This document shows positions 24,113 through 42,656 of a DNA stretch of 64,000 nt, piece by piece. The DNA comes from Macrostomum lignano. Lineage: Eukaryota. The notes beneath the pieces are model-generated. The model was not told the origin of the DNA. It was given only the letters and a program-made list of their open reading frames with translations, and did not search any database. The position numbers were made by a program, and so were the translations under genes. The stretch lies in NCBI GenBank assembly GCA_002269645.1, contig NIVC01003566.1, positions 1 through 64,000 of the forward strand. Direction: 5' to 3'. Every line of letters starts with the position of its first letter. Positions within the stretch are counted from its first letter, which is position 1.

Positions 24113-26152
24113 ATGCAGCCGCGAAGATCGCAACTGCTCAAGATGGTGCTTGCACTCGCTGCAATCTGCCTTGTTGCCATAGCGATGGCTCGTTACAGGA
24201 ACTTGTTGTTTAGCTGTTCTACGCTGTCAACGGCTGAAGAGTCTGATGCAGAATCTCCTTCTGGGGAAGCTGGCATACCCTGCATCATTCATCAGAGCTG
24301 GAAGACCCGGACTTTGCCAAGCCCCAGAGCGACGCGTTGGCGCAGCACCTGGTTGAAATGCCTGCCCAATTGTCGGCACTACCTGTGGACGGATGCTGAC
24401 AATCGCGACCTCGTCAAGCGTCACTATTCGTGGTTGTTGAACTTCTACGACAAACTGAAGTCCGGTGTTCAACGAGCGGATCTGGTCAGGTAATAAATCG
24501 TGGCCGAAATATGAACTTGGGAAAGACGTATAAGATAATAGCTTTATAATCATGGATGAAGGAATAGAAAGGATCGCTCATCTGAAAGCGAGTCTATGGC
24601 CAAGACTTTCTAAAAATTAGGATATTCCCCCTCCATGAATTTTATTAGCTGCTGGAATTTAATAATAGTCTCCCCTAAGTTCTTAATGGCTAAAGCTTGT
24701 ACCTGGAGGAAATGCTAATTTCTTTCCCTTAAGCCGTCGTGGCCCTGAGGAAGTTAAATAAGTCTAACGTTAATCGTGACTTTGGAATTTCCTTCGCGTA
24801 CAAGCTTCAGCCAGTAGGAACTTAGGGGGTACTATTAATAAATTCCAGCAGCCAATGAAATTCATAGGGGGAATGTCCCAATTTTTAGGAGGTTTTGGCC
24901 ATAGACTCGCTTTCAGATGAGCGATCCTTTTTATTCCTTCATCCATGTTTATAATGCGCATTCGCTTCGCTCGCCTCGAGACCATTATATGCGACCTCGG
25001 ACTTTCTGGCCATAGACATCGCATTATAATGCTATTATAGTATGTAAACTTCACTTACGCCAAACTGATACTTGAGTGTGACCATAGACAAGCCCATTCC
25101 CAAAAAATAAGCAGACCATTATGTATCAGATTAAACATGCCTTTTGAGGGAGTTATTTGTATAAATCACGAGGGCCTGAGGCCCGAGTGATTTATGAAAA
25201 TAACTCCCGAAAAAGGCATGTGTAATCTCGTATAAACCATAGACATAAAGACTTTACGGGATATTATTGAATATTACCAAATAAAATCCCGGAGAACGCA
25301 AATATTGTCACGGAAAGTCTTTATTTCTATGGATTATACGAGCTTTTTCGGCGTAAGTGAAGTTTACATACTGAGAAATACTGAGTGTTGTAGCCTAGTG
25401 GTCAGAGCAGGGACAACTAAAACACTCGGGACGCAAAACGAGCCAAATGATGGTGAAAAAAGTTTGGGGCTCGTTTGAAAGCAGCGTTCTATGGGGTCTG
25501 ACTCTCGACTCACTAAGGAACAATTTGTGTCCTTGAGCAAGACGCTTAATTCTGCATTGCTTCAGTTCACCCAGCTGAAAAAATGGGTGAACTTTGAGGG
25601 CATTTTTCTCTGAGTTTGTATCATAGTCCCTAAACGGTAACTTCAAAACGCACACACAGGTATCTCTATCTGTTGCACTTTGGCGGCATCTACGCCGACC
25701 TTGACACGGTGTGTCTCAAAGACTTCCGGCCTCTGCTGAACGGCCTGGGCCTGGCGTTCGGCGGCATGGACGGGCAGTGGATCAGCAGCGTGAACGGCAG
25801 CTACGTGCAGAACTCCTTCATGGCCTCCAGGCCGAAACATCCGTTCTGGATCGGACTGCTGCACCGCATTGTTCGCCGGCTGGACAGTCGAAAACAAGGC
25901 GGGGCAGAGGAGAGCACCGGGCCGCTGATCATGATGGCCGAGCTGAAGCAGTACCTGGCTGACGGCCACACTGATGTGAGAATCTTTCCACCGATCTACT
26001 TTAACCCATTCAGCTGGATCACCAATCGCCGGCCGGACTGCAAAACCCACGGAGCGATGAGCGACTCGGAGGAGGCCACCTGCATCAAATCGTTCGCGGG
26101 CGCCTACGTAGTTCAGATGCACAGCAAGAGCTGGGCCGGCGGCAAGGCGTGA
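24113..26152 (+). CDS. GT32/DXD glycosyltransferase (OCH1/SUR1-like, type II membrane), paralog A, 289 aa
   Basis: Exons 24113-24489 and 25660-26152 join in frame (GT-AG, phase 2); N-terminal TM; IPCIIHQSWK, RADLVRY, GGIYADLD motifs. Confidence 0.9.
24544..24954. mobile_element. Foldback/MITE-like inverted repeat with ~170-bp arms, in the intron of paralog A
   Basis: 24544-24713 is the reverse complement of 24787-24954 (about 85% by eye); TTATAA at both ends. Confidence 0.8.
25128..25342. repeat. Two adjacent hairpins (25128-25228 with a 3-nt loop; 25227-25342)
   Basis: ~50-bp arms centred on GGGCC-TGA-GGCCC; second pair CTCGTATAAACCATAGACATAAAGACTTT / AAAGTCTTTATTTCTATGGATTATACGAG. Confidence 0.75.
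25389..25592 (+). mobile_element. tRNA-derived SINE-like element with a CORE/Meta-like domain
   Basis: A-box TAGCCTAGTGG, degenerate B-box, and GTGTCCTTGAGCAAGACGCTTAA..CACCCAGCTG..AAATGGG resembling known SINE central domains. Confidence 0.6.
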
Positions 26153-26539
26153 TGTGCCGAAGGACTTTTGGAGAATTCCAGCAAATCCAAGCTTTTGTTC
26201 TGAAAAAAAGCTTTCCTTTAATTTGCCCCCCCCCCTCGATTTATAAAAATCCTTCAACTCTCTTCTGTCATTGTTTGCACTCCATTTTCCGGGTTTTTAT
26301 TGCACACTGACGTCATGTTCTAACTTGCTTTTATTTGACGGGCTTTATATAGCATCATTATTGACTTTAAATAATTACAAAACGGAAATTATGAGCCCTA
26401 TATTATATAGTATGCAGTATTCATGGCTTACTTAAATTGAGTTTAAATTTTTTAAGCCGTTGCTTAAACAATATTTTGCATTCGTATAGCTTTCTTTAAT
26501 TCTCTGATTTCAATTTCTTTTAAATGCCTCACCATCACT

Positions 26540-27650
26540 GTCTCACTGTTTCTGTCACTGTCTCATCCTCAGTTCTGTCACTGTCTCATCCTCAGTTCTG
26601 TCACTGTCTCATCCTCAGTTCTGTCACTGTCTCACCTTCGATTCTGTCACTGTCTCACCTTCGTTTCTGTCACTGTCTCACCTTCGATTCTGTTACTGTC
26701 TCACCTTCGTTTCTGTCACTGTCTCACCTTCAATTCTGTCACTGTCTAACCCTCGTTTCTGTCACTGTCTCATCCTCGTTTCTGTCACTGTCTCACTCTC
26801 GATTATGTCACTGTCTCACCCTCGTTTCTGTCACTGTCTCACCTTCGATTCTGTCACTGTCTCACCCTCGATTCTGCTGTCACTGTCTCACCTTCGATTC
26901 TGTCACTGTCTCACCTTTGATTCTGTCACTGTCTCACCTTTGATTCTGTCACTGTCCCACCTTTGATTCTGTCACTTTCTCACCTTCGATTCTGCTGTCA
27001 CTGTCTCACCTTCGATTCTGTCACTGTCTCACCTTCGATTCTGTCACTGTCTCACCTTCGATTCTGTCACTGTCTGACCCTCGATTCTGTTACTGTCTCA
27101 CCTTTGATTCTGTCACTGTCTGACCCTCGATTCTGTCACTGTCTCACTTCGATTCTGCTGTCACTGTCTCACCCTCGATTCTGTCACTGTCTCACCTTTG
27201 ATTCTGTCACTGTCTCACCTTCGATTCTGTCACTTTCTCACCTTCGATTCTGTCACTGTCTCATCCTCGTTTCTGTCACTGTCTCATCCTCAGTTCTGTC
27301 ACTGTCTCATCCTCAGTTCTCTCACTGTTTCACCTTTGATTCTGTCACTGTCTCACCTTCGATTCTGTCACTGTCTCACCTTGGATTCTGTAACTCTCTC
27401 ACCTTCGATTCTGTCACTGTCTCACCCTCGTTTCTGCTGTCACTGTCTCACTTTCGATTCTGTTACTGTCTCGCCTTTGATTCTGTCACTTTCTCACCTT
27501 CGATTTTGTCACTGTCTCACCTTCGATTCTTCTGTCACTGTCTCACCTTCGATTCTGTCACTGTCTCACCTTCGATTCTGTCAGTCTCACCCTCGATTCT
27601 GTCACTGTCTCACTTCGATTCTGCTGTCACTGTCTCACCCTCGATTCTGT
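26540..27650. repeat. 23-bp minisatellite (CTGTCACTGTCTCACCTTCGATT)
   Basis: Tandem units read directly. Confidence 0.95.
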
Positions 27651-27699
27651 CTTATTTTCTTATAGAGTACACTAAGTAATCTAAGTAGTAAAAGCGGTA

Positions 27700-28190
27700 T
27701 CTTATGCACTACAACCGGTATCTCATGCACTACAACCGGTATCTCATGCACTACAACCGGTATCTCATGCACTACAACCGGTATCTCATGCACTACAACC
27801 GGTATCTCATGCACTACAACCGGTATCTCATGCACTACAACCGGTATCTTATGCACTACAACCGGTATCTCATGCACTACAACCGGTATCTCATGCACTA
27901 CAACCGGTATCTCATGCACTACAACCGGTATCTCATGCACTACAACCGGTATCTCATGCACTACAACCGGTATCTCATGCACTACAACCGGTATCTCATG
28001 CACTACAACCGGTATCTCATGCACTACAACCGCGGTATCTCATGCACTACAACCGGTATCTCATGCACTACAACCGGTATCTCATGCACTACAACCGGTA
28101 TCTCATGCACTACAACCGGTATCTCATGCACTACAACCGGTATCTCATGCACTACTACCGGTATCTCATGCACTACTACCGGTATCTCAT
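27700..28190. repeat. 21-bp minisatellite (TATCTCATGCACTACAACCGG), about 23 near-identical copies
   Basis: Tandem units; one 2-bp insertion near 28031. Confidence 0.97.
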
Positions 28191-29059
28191 GCCGGTAAAT
28201 TGCAACTTCGTAAATTGAGTTTTTCAACCATATTTTAATCTTGAGAAACATACACGCGTACTTTACTGGCTAAACGAGTTTACGTGCTAATCAATAGAGG
28301 AGTGCGTGACCATCCATCCTAACTGCTTTCAGAGACATTGCGCTGCCTGAGTACAACTGCCTCATTGTTCTCAATTGCCTCACTTGACTGCATCCCTAGC
28401 TGAACAGGTCCCAGGCGATCCAGATGAAGAATCTGGAGTTGCTACCACATTCTACATGCACATAAAGCTTGGAAGAGAAGCTGTGGTCCAAATTCAGGAT
28501 GCCATAATTGAAGTTGATGTGTTGCGACACCCGCTACATGACACGATAAGCCCAGTTCCACAAGAAATTAAACTTCAATAAGGAAATAACGAAGAGGGGT
28601 GCCTCTCCAAGTTCTCGTTATGGGCCACCTTGGATAATAGCTTAACTTCTGCCCCAAAAATTTATGCACTATGGCATGCACGATGGATGACATCCTGAGA
28701 GAATCCCCTGCAGAGGACCACAGTGCATAATAAAGTAGTTAGGAGCAGAGCAGGCAGAGTTTTCAGTTGCACTGCCCTACCAGCTCGCTTACAGAGTCCA
28801 ATTCACATTGGCTTTCACGAACCCTCGTAACTTGACAATACTTAACTCAGATTATAAAGAAAGTTTTTATATTTATTATTATAAAAATGTACAGAAAATA
28901 TTTCAGCAACCAAAGGTAAGTAAGTATGTAATTTATAGTGTTTTTATCATTTTATAGACTAAGAAGTTCAGCAATTCTTTCTTTTTTTAATTCTGTTGTT
29001 TCGCATTCACAAGAAGAACGTAATGGATTTGAGTAAAGTAGATTGTAGTATATTAGTAT

Positions 29060-29895
29060 AGATTAGAATAAAGTAGAATAGAGTAAAGTAGAGTGGCGTG
29101 GCGTAGAGTAGAGTAGAGTGGAGTAGGTAAAGTGTCGTAGAGTAGAGTAGAGTGGAGTAGGGTAAAGTGGCGTAGAGTAGAGTAGAGTAGAGTAGAGTAG
29201 AGTGGAGAAGAGTGGAGTAGAGTATAGTAGAGTAGAGTGGAGTAGAGTGGAGTAGGGTAGAGTGGCGTAGAGTAGAGTAGAGTAGAGTAGAGTAGAGTGG
29301 AGTGGAGTAGAGTAGAGTAGAGTAGAGTAGAGTGGAGTAGATTGTAGTAGAGTAGAGTAGAGAGGAGTAGAGTAGAGTAGAGTGGAGTAGAGTAGAGTAG
29401 AGTAGAGTAGAGTAGAGTAGAGTAGAGTAGAGTAGAGTAGAGTAGAGTAGAGTAGAGTAGAGTAGAGTAGAGTAGAGTAGAGTAGAGTGGAGTGGAGTAG
29501 ATTGTAGTAGAGTAGAGTAGAGAGGAGTAGACTAGAGTGGAGTAGATTGTAGTAGATTGTAGTAGAGTGGAATAGGGTAGAGTGGCGTAGAGTAGAGTAG
29601 AGTCGAGTAGAGTAAAGTGGAGAAGAGTAGAGTGGAATAGAGTAGAGTGGAGTAGAGTAGAGTGGAGTAGAGTGGAGTAGAGTGGAGTAGAGTGGAGTAG
29701 GGTAAAGTGGCGTAGAGAAGAGTAGAGTATGTTGTATATGCACTTATGCATGATAGATAGACTGTATAGTCTATGTTCAAACCCCCGCCAGAATACTCTA
29801 GAATCGAGTAGAGTAGAGTAGAACGGTGTAGAATAGAGTCGAATAGATTAGTATTCAGTAGAGCAGAGTAGAGTAGAGAATGAGTAGAGTAGAAT
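29060..29895. repeat. (TAGAG)n pentamer microsatellite, degenerate
   Basis: Read directly; ends about 50 bp before the ATG of paralog B. Confidence 0.95.
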
Positions 29896-29943
29896 ATAAC
29901 AGGATAAAGTACATTGAAGTGCATCTGCACCAACTCTTGCAGG

Positions 29944-31813
<1,870 letters not shown>

Positions 31814-31901
31814 GTGCAGGCAATTCAAGGCAACTCAAAGAAAAACTCTGTCCATTCCGTCCTTAGCACTGTGTGAGACCTGCGCACATGCAAGCTGTAC
31901 A

Positions 31902-31941
31902 CAGGCACGCACTCATACACACGCTCACGCAGGGTGTACAG
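31902..31941. repeat. Short interspersed repeat (CAGGCACACACTCAC core); relatives at ~34640-34710 (+) and ~45457-45530 (-)
   Basis: About 85% match by eye between 31902-31941 and the reverse complement of 45457-45496. Confidence 0.5.
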
Positions 31942-32384
31942 CAGGCAGATACTTTCCGGCCAATTTTCCTGCACCGCTGCGAAATTTGCACCATTTGCAT
32001 AATCTAAATACGCTCTCCATGGACTCTGAGCTGCGTCGATCAAGTGACTTGCCTTAATACTCCATCTTTTTTCCCTTACTTCGATTCGTAATGTATGATT
32101 TGTCTTGAATGTACTTTTGGAATAGTACGAGTGTATTTAATATTGTTTTATGATACTACTTTTAGTAAAAACTATCTTCGTCTGTCAAAAATTCTACCAA
32201 GTTTAAGTAGTTTATAGGAGTGTGGTTCAATTTTTTTATAAACTATTGATTATATAGTTCCCCCAAAAGTGAGATTTAGCAATCAATCGATTTAAATTTG
32301 ACGCTGATCTGAAGCAGAAGTCAACTTAGAAGATTACTCGTAGATAGATGTATTAACGGGGGTCGTTTCGGGCCCCCAGCCCCA

Positions 32385-32822
32385 TTGCGTTGAGACGCAC
32401 AGAGTAGAGCCTGGATCTACAGGCGTTGGGACGCACAGAGTAGAGCCTGGATCTACAGGCGTTGGGACGCACAGAGTAGAGCCTGGATCTACAGGCGTTG
32501 GGACGCACAGAGTAGAGCCTGGATCTACAGGCGTTGGGACGCACAGAGTAGAGCCTGGATCTACAGGCGTTGGGACGCACAGAGTAGAGCCTGGATTCAG
32601 AGGCGTTGGGACGCACAGAGTAGAGCCTGGATCTACAGGCGTTGGGACGCACAGAGTAGAGCCTGGATCTACAGGCGTTGGGACGCACAGAGTAGAGCCT
32701 GGATCTACAGGCGTTGGGACGCACAGAGTAGAGCCTGGATCTACAGGCGTTGGGACGCACAGAGTAGAGCCTGGATCTACAGGCGTTGGGACGCACAGAG
32801 TAGAGCCTGGATTCAGAGGCGT
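32385..32822. repeat. 36-bp minisatellite (TTGGGACGCACAGAGTAGAGCCTGGATCTACAGGCG), about 12 copies
   Basis: Tandem units read directly. Confidence 0.95.
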
Positions 32823-33652
32823 TAACGTTGGTACAGTCACGAGTATGGTAGCTGGAGCTCGAATGTCTCAGGCCTGAGGACGCGCTGACTACACTCACTA
32901 CGATCCAGGACCGCAGACCAAACATTCGATCTGACCAAAATTCGATCGACATGCAATTGTCGAAGCTTGTTTTAAGTTACAACCTCAACTCTTACATTCG
33001 TTTAAGTGAAACCTTGAACTGTGACTCATCTATGACACCTGCAAGTTGAGCACAGACGTGGCTAGCTGAATCGCCTGCCGAAGCAGCGGTTCAGGCGTGT
33101 ATTTCTTTTTCTAGGGAGAGGTGAACAGCAGTAGGCAGGCTCTAAGCTACTGTCGAAGCAACGCGTTGCATTATTCTTCTTGAATGGGTCAATCGACCAG
33201 CAAAGCCTGCAAGTTATTTTTTTGTAAACCGCACAAAGCTGAATAGCCTGACTTTGTCTACGAAAGCTGTCTGGAGAAGCAAGCAAAACGGAACTGCTAG
33301 ACAAAAAAGATCGCAACGGAAGCTACAATGAATCCAGCAGGAGTTAAAACACACTACAGTTTCCGTTTGACTCCGGAGATGGATCGCGCCTAGGGAAAGT
33401 AAATAATCGATAGCTCAAGGAAACCGAGTAACTTCTGTCACGTGTAATTGGGAGGCGGCTACAACATCACGGAGATGGAAACAATCTAGGAAACTTGGTT
33501 ACCATTGTCACCCCTCACTGTAGTCAGGTTCAACAAAACTTCATGTATATAGACTTTAACTCAGCCTGAAGTCTCCAAGAAAGCATACCCCCTCCAACCG
33601 AGCAAGCGCAAAGGAGCTGAGAAACTTATACTGCCGCGAATTAGCTACCGAC

Positions 33653-34420
33653 ATGCTTCCTCGCTCTCAGTGGCACCTTCTAACACTCTGCGTGGCTGCG
33701 ACCGCTGCTGCTGCTTGCATGATACAGAAGTCCGCCTTCCACAAGACCACTGGAGCTGACTGTGTTCGCCCTGAGTTCACTAAGATTGTGTGGGGCTCTT
33801 GTGATCCGATGTCCTGTAGTTACCTGTGCAACAAGACTCCCAAATGCCAGGCCTTCACGCTGCCCTCTGGCGACTGTGTCTGCAAGCTGTTCCTGTTCGA
33901 CAAGTGCAGTCACCGAGTACAGTCGGAGCCTAACTGTGCTCACCTGGTGACCGTGTACGTGAGATCAATGGCTGGAGTAGCGGCGGGTCGCTTGTGTCCT
34001 CCCAGATACAAATACGCTCAATACGGCACCGCCTACAAGGTGTCGGCCTCGACCGCGACCAACTGGACCGACGCCAATGAGAAATGCGGCGAGGAGGCCG
34101 GCCTGTCGAAGTTCGCGGACGCTCTGGACACCGACGAGTCTCGTCACCTCTTGTGGATCAAGAACGTTACGAACGCTCCGGTTGAGAGCTTGTACCTGGG
34201 AGGCTACCAGATCCCGGGCTCGACAAGCATGACTGAGGGCTGGATCTGGGGCGCGTGCAACGAGAGCATCCGAGCCGACGTTTGGGAACCGGGCAAGCCC
34301 AACAAAGGCTTGCTCAATCAAGGGTGCGCCAATGCCTATAGCGATCACAATATCGGAATCAATGATTACGACTGCAATCGCCATTTGAAATACATCTGCG
34401 AGTGTCAGCTTGTGTTCTAG
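33653..34420 (+). CDS. Secreted C-type lectin-domain protein with an N-terminal Cys-rich (PAN/apple-like) module, 255 aa, intronless
   Basis: Signal peptide; CSYLC..CQAF module; CTLD motifs NWTDANEKC, YLGG, W.W, WEPGKPN, C..IND.DC...KYICE. Confidence 0.85.
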   Translation: MLPRSQWHLLTLCVAATAAAACMIQKSAFHKTTGADCVRPEFTKIVWGSCDPMSCSYLCNKTPKCQAFTLPSGDCVCKLFLFDKCSHRVQSEPNCAHLVTVYVRSMAGVAAGRLCPPRYKYAQYGTAYKVSASTATNWTDANEKCGEEAGLSKFADALDTDESRHLLWIKNVTNAPVESLYLGGYQIPGSTSMTEGWIWGACNESIRADVWEPGKPNKGLLNQGCANAYSDHNIGINDYDCNRHLKYICECQLVF

Positions 34421-34714
34421 AATACGCCCGTAACTCATCGTTATTAGGTGTTGTTAAATATTTTTTTAGAAAGGAGGGCTGTATGCATCATATCACATCC
34501 TTAAACGACACTCAAGTAGTCTGTGGGTACATTTTAGGCGATATTGTCACACAATCGGCGAGAGGCATTCAAGGACTACTTAAATAAGTAACTTAAGTTG
34601 TCCTTGGAGGCATTACTGCCCATTCCGCCGACTCCCCTGAGCAGGCACACGTACAAGCGCGCAGATACGTACGCAGTCATACGCACAGGCACACACTCAC
34701 ACAGGAGTGCACGG

Positions 34715-34917
34715 CGGCCCTAATTTTATTTATCGTTAGGCATGTGTACTTCAGTGTGCCTTGGGGGTTGGCCCTCAAGGCCGTTGATTGCAACAGAAGA
34801 GCCAAACGAGATTCCAATTTAGCTCCCAATTAACGTGCACGACTGCACTTGCAATCGAGCCTGGGCCGCTGGCACATCAGAGCGCCGCACTAGACCACTA
34901 GGCGGCTACAGCTCCCC
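34715..34917 (-). mobile_element. tRNA-headed SINE-like element
   Basis: Minus strand begins GGGGAGCTGTAGCCGCCTAGTGGTCTAG (A-box) and GGCTCGATTGC (B-box-like); A-rich end. Confidence 0.5.
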
Positions 34918-35279
34918 TTGTTTTTGTTGTTGTTGTTGTTGTTGTTGAATACCAGGCGTAAACCATTTTTTAGCCTAAAATATATCATCGAGTGTGACCT
35001 GTGAAAGATGTTTGGATTGATTGAAAATATGAATGAAAGCGTGGTGATACAATATACTTCTGCACCAGCCTCTTGTTTAACTTTATACTGTGTGCTTCGT
35101 TAATATTTTAATTTATTAACCTCTTCGAGTCCAATCTAATGTATACTCAAGTTACATTAAAGTTTGTTTTACCGGTATCTCAAAGAAAAAAAAAACGGAA
35201 TGATTTTAGGCGTATGAATTGTCTTTTTTTGCATCTCCTTTCGTTCATGCACCGACATTGTCTCTGTGACCTGTGAGGC

Positions 35280-35322
35280 CGGTCTCTTGCTGCAAAGACT
35301 CATGCTAATTATTTATTATATG
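35280..35322 (+). pseudogene. Degenerate copy of a flatworm spliced-leader exon
   Basis: CGGTCTCTTGCTGCAAAGACTCA matches the Macrostomum SL as recalled (CGGTCTCTTACTGCGAAGACTCAATTTATTGCATG) at 21/23, then 10/12 after an 8-nt insert; no GT donor or Sm site follows. Confidence 0.65.
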
Positions 35323-35906
35323 CTAAACCAAAGGTTATTCTTTGTTATAGCATTGTATCCTAGTTTAAACCAATTGACAATTTATAAATCCAATTTTTAT
35401 TTAGTAATGGAAAATAAACTACTTTCCCTCCTAACCAATCGTCGAAAACCTCGTCTTACTTCGTCTAACTATGAATTAAACAAACAAAGCGACAAGTTCT
35501 GTTAATGTTGCGGATATCTGGCAACTATTACGAAAGTGTTTAGAACAGGAACCTTTTATCTTTTTATTTTTAAAAATCCTTCTATAACCCCAAGACAAAC
35601 AAGAAACGCTTGAAAAATTGTCACTTGTCACTTGGACTCCTGAATATCTTGGCCCTAAGTATCTTTCAATTCAGGGTCAGTCGTAACAATTACAGTAAGA
35701 TAGATTTCACAAGATATCACGATACATCAAACTGAATCAAGCTCCCTTCGACAATGGTACATTGTCCATATTTATGTCCGTTCTAATTGAAGATACTTAG
35801 ACACTATTATCTATTTGTTTTACATTGAATAGAGAAGCAGAACGACAGTTTGAAAAAAGCTTGAAACAAAATTAACAAATTGTAAAGTAATTAAAGACAC
35901 TGCCGA

Positions 35907-41150
<5,244 letters not shown>

Positions 41151-41616
41151 GTTGCTGCATGCATAAGAAAAAATTGAGGGCCTAGATTAGACCATAAAAA
41201 TATTTTTGTCTTAAAATAGTAATGAAACAGTTAAACAGAATTTAGGAACATATAAATGCATATAAACAAAGTATTAGACTAAATATTAGCTAGATCAGCC
41301 AAAATAGTGAAAATTAGGAAATATGTGGGCAATAAACACAACCTGCTAGCTAGATATAAAAAAAATGTTTTAGCCAGTCATAATGGCTGAACAAAAACAG
41401 CCTATAGTAAATTGTTCTGTATACCAACAAATTAGAAAGGTATATATATTAAATTTCCAGTAAAACTTAGTACAAAAAAAGACTTATTATAAATTAATAA
41501 CGTTGCCTTAAGTTTATAAATTGAGACTTTAAACCACATGTTAAAATTAGCTGCCAGTTTTTACGATGCTATACGTAAATTCAAGTAAAATAAGTTCATG
41601 CTACAAATTGAGAACT

Positions 41617-42656
41617 CAAGGACTTCTAGACTAACAGGATGTAAAATTCAATGATCGTGCAATTTTTTGGAGGCCACGATTTCCTGGAAAAAATACACTG
41701 CGAAGATAGGAAAAAATCTGCTTTTTGTCACAAAATCTGTGATTGTATTTGATCTGGGGCAGTGAAGACTACCATTCTTTTAATTTAACATGCACAACAT
41801 GTTACTCTATTATATTTTCATATAGCTGTGTAGTGAAGTTTTCATTTTCATATTGTTTTCACTTTATTTCATAAGCCCAAAGTTGCAAACTCACAAGTGG
41901 CATTAGCCAAATATAAAATTCAAGAAAAGAAAAGCTATTCAAATTTGTAATATAATAATATTTTTAGCCTTTAAAATAAAAATGACAAAAGGACTAATCA
42001 ATTTTTTTTCTTATAGATACCTAGTAAAAATGGTTAGGGCCTATTTTTGTGATTAAGTCTATTCTTCTTAAATCTTAGTCTTAAATATAGGCTTGGCTTA
42101 AAAACTGATAATACAGCTTTCTCAAGCCTAGGTAACCAACCATATGAAACTATGTATTGGTAATCTATATATAATAAAAAAATCATTGTCTAAATTTAAT
42201 TACTTATTAGGCTAGATAGTGTACTGTAGTGATAGGTCTAGTTCTAGTAGGCCTAGGAATTAGTATAGTTACTAAACCTACAATAATAGCTTAAGACTAA
42301 GAGTACCTACATGCAATGTTTTTATACTTTATTTTAAAAAGAACAACACAAAAAGTTTGGCTAGGCCTAATGCCACTTGTGAGTTTGCAACTTTGGGCTT
42401 ATGAAATAAAGTGAAAACAATATGAAAATGAAAACTTCACTACACAGCTATATGAAAATATAATAGAGTAACATGTTGTGCATGTTAAATTAAAAGAATG
42501 CTAGTCTTCACTGCCCCAGATCAAATACAATCACAGATTTTGTGATGAAAAACAGATTTTTTCCTATCTTCGCAGTGTATTTTTTCCAGGAAATCGTGGC
42601 CTCCAAAAAATTGCACGATCTTTGAGTTTTACGTCCTGTTAGTCTAGAAGTCCTTG
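41617..42656. mobile_element. 1040-bp non-autonomous foldback DNA transposon with 290-bp TIRs and an 8-bp TSD (TGAGAACT); P- or hAT-like
   Basis: 41617-41906 is the reverse complement of 42367-42656 (about 7 mismatches seen); termini CAAGG..CCTTG; TSD at 41609-41616 and 42657-42664. Confidence 0.93.

Noticed and set aside
26524-29933. ORFs over the 23-bp, 21-bp and TAGAG arrays, and ORF 28375-28581
   Set aside because: Repeat translations; the short unique ORF has no recognisable motif or splice support
32334-32952. Mucin-like PVDPGSTLCVPT repeat protein
   Set aside because: 36-bp array with a non-ATG start, no signal peptide and no supporting exons
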